Shown piece after piece: positions 62,600-64,000 of a stretch of 64,000 bases of DNA; positions within the stretch are counted from its first letter, which is position 1; every line of letters begins with the position of its first letter. The position numbers were made by a program, and so were the translations under genes. Source of the stretch: the human T2T-CHM13v2.0 reference genome, Homo sapiens; assembly GCF_009914755.1 (NCBI RefSeq), contig NC_060943.1; one strand, given 5' to 3'. Below the pieces are notes generated by a model. It was not told where the DNA came from. It searched no databases and worked only from the letters and a program-made list of their open reading frames with translations.

Positions 62600-62708
62600 G
62601 ACAGCGAGCCAGGGCCCGGGACTCTAGTCCCAGCTCTGCTGCTTACTTGTGTGACTTCAGCCTCTCCATGCCTCAGTTTCTCCATAGGGACAATGACTAC
62701 ACTAACAG
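62600..62708 (+). mobile_element. MIR core fragment
   Basis: tcccagctctgctgcttacttgtgtgac...cctctccatgcctcagtttctccata-gggacaatga aligns to the MIR core (TCCCGGCTCTGCCACTTACTAGCTGTGTGAC...CCTCTCTGAGCCTCAGTTTCCTCAT). Confidence 0.8.
62647..62669 (-). CDS. C19orf12: C19orf12 alternative upstream coding segment giving the 152-aa isoform (MERLKSHK|PAT-MTIMV...)
   Basis: ggcATGGAGAGGCTGAAGTCACACAA|GTAAGC. 23 nt + 10 nt of the next exon = 11 codons in frame with the 56153 ATG, matching the known N-terminus. Confidence 0.88.
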
Positions 62709-62719
62709 TGTCCACCCCG

Positions 62720-63340
62720 GCACCGGGAGGGCCGGGCTCCCGGCAGGGCGGGGACCCTCTCCCCAAGGCACTCCCGGGTCTCCAGGCCTGCTCTTGGGGT
62801 GCCCCCTCCTCTCGCGGGGCGCGGCCTGGGAGGCGCCCCGCCCCGGCTCCGGGCGCTCCTTTACCTGGGGGAGCGGAGGTCTACGCGGCGCGCTCGGCGA
62901 TCAGACGCGGCTGCAGCCCGGGCCTGGCAGGCCCCGGGCTCCCCGCCCAGCTCCCCAGCCCCGCGGAGGGTCGCGCAGGCCTTGGTGGCGGCCCCGGCGC
63001 TGGCCCCGCCCTCCGTCCCACCTTCCGGCTGCGCCGGGCCTTCCGGGAAGCCACGCGCCGGGCCAGCTCCTGGCTCCGAGCTGCGCCCGGCCTTAGGGGG
63101 AGCCGGGGGTCGCTGCTGGGCACCCCCTCCCCGGTCCTGGCCCACCCCGCCGCTGTCACCGGGGCCCTGGCTTGGGTTGCGGGTGGCGTAAGGAGACGAG
63201 GCGCCCGGAGAAGAGTCCTGGGAACCGCAAGGCCGCGCTCCCGCAGGCCCAGCCCTGCCTTTCTCCCACGCGCACGCATGATCACATCCGGGCCCCGCGC
63301 ACCTGCCTCCAGGACCGCGGGGACCTCCCGGAGACCTCCC
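62720..63340 (-). promoter_or_regulatory. C19orf12: C19orf12 CpG-island promoter and non-coding exon 1 (donor CAG|GTAAAG, exon ends 62865)
   Basis: High CpG density, GC boxes (ccccgccc at ~62836, ~62941, ~63004), and ttacctg at 62861-62867 as a minus-strand donor. Confidence 0.8.
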
Positions 63341-63519
63341 TCCCTTTGGCCTGGAGGACCCCTCTCTCCCCGCAGCCTGGGCACAGAAGAGAGCACAGGG
63401 GCATCTGGAGGTCAAGGGTGCTGCGTCAGTATTTGGTGAATGTGTGGGCCGGAGCCAGATTTCCTCTGTTCCAGAGCCTGCTCTGGAGCCTCTGGGTCTG
63501 GGGGTTGCAAAAGGAGAAG

Positions 63520-63812
63520 CAGGTTGGGTGGGACTCGTAATCCCAGCTGCCAGTGAGGCTGAGGAGGGAGGATTGCTTGAGCCCAGCAGTTCGAGCGTGG
63601 GCAACACAGTGACATCCCATCTCTACAAATAATAATAAAAATTAGGCCGGGTGGGTGAGTCATACCTGTGACCTACAGCATTTTGGGAGGCTGAAGCGGG
63701 AGGATTGCTTGAGCCCAGGAGTTCGAGGCTGCAGTGAACTATGATCCCACCACTGCACTTCAACCTGGGTGACAGAGTGAGACCGTCTCTTAAAGAAAGA
63801 AAAAAAAGGAAA
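63520..63812 (+). mobile_element. Degenerate Alu (J/FLAM-like) fragments upstream of C19orf12
   Basis: Alu arm motifs and A-rich tail. Confidence 0.75.
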
Positions 63813-64000
63813 AGAACTGGCTTTGCTCTTAGGAGTCTTGGATGGGGACCAAAGCTGAGGCAAGGCAGCCTCTTAGGAAGGTGCAAAGGGCATGAGGCTG
63901 GGGTTGCAGAACTGCCTGGGAATACTACTTTATTGAGGCCTGTGGAAAGCTGTCCCTACTCTTGTCATGCAAGGTCTGGCCTTGAACCATCTCAAATCCA

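Overview
Repeat-dense, GC-rich primate DNA, recognisable as the human 19q12 PLEKHF1-C19orf12 interval. Two convergent genes are present. PLEKHF1 (+): CpG-island promoter and non-coding exon 1 near 13.2 kb, single coding exon 21588-22427 (279 aa PH+FYVE protein), AATAAA at 23185. C19orf12 (-): CpG-island promoter near 63 kb, coding exons 56153-55994 and 50718-50453 (141 aa), with a 152-aa isoform when a MIR-derived upstream donor at 62647 is used. The rest is Alu, L1, L2, MIR, MaLR/ERV LTR and DNA-transposon relics. The most unusual structures are: (1) a perfect 36-bp/10-nt-loop palindrome at 37643-37724; (2) a ~3.1-kb degenerate GACACCCA/GACACCT array (42.85-45.94 kb) containing a 361-bp, ~95%-identical ungapped inverted duplication and flanked by a consensus CTCF site; (3) an 86-codon alternative-frame ORF opened by the MIR-derived C19orf12 exon; (4) TE-derived polyadenylation signals for both genes. 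Repeat family names come from remembered consensus sequences, not a database search. Repeat boundaries and TSS positions are approximate.
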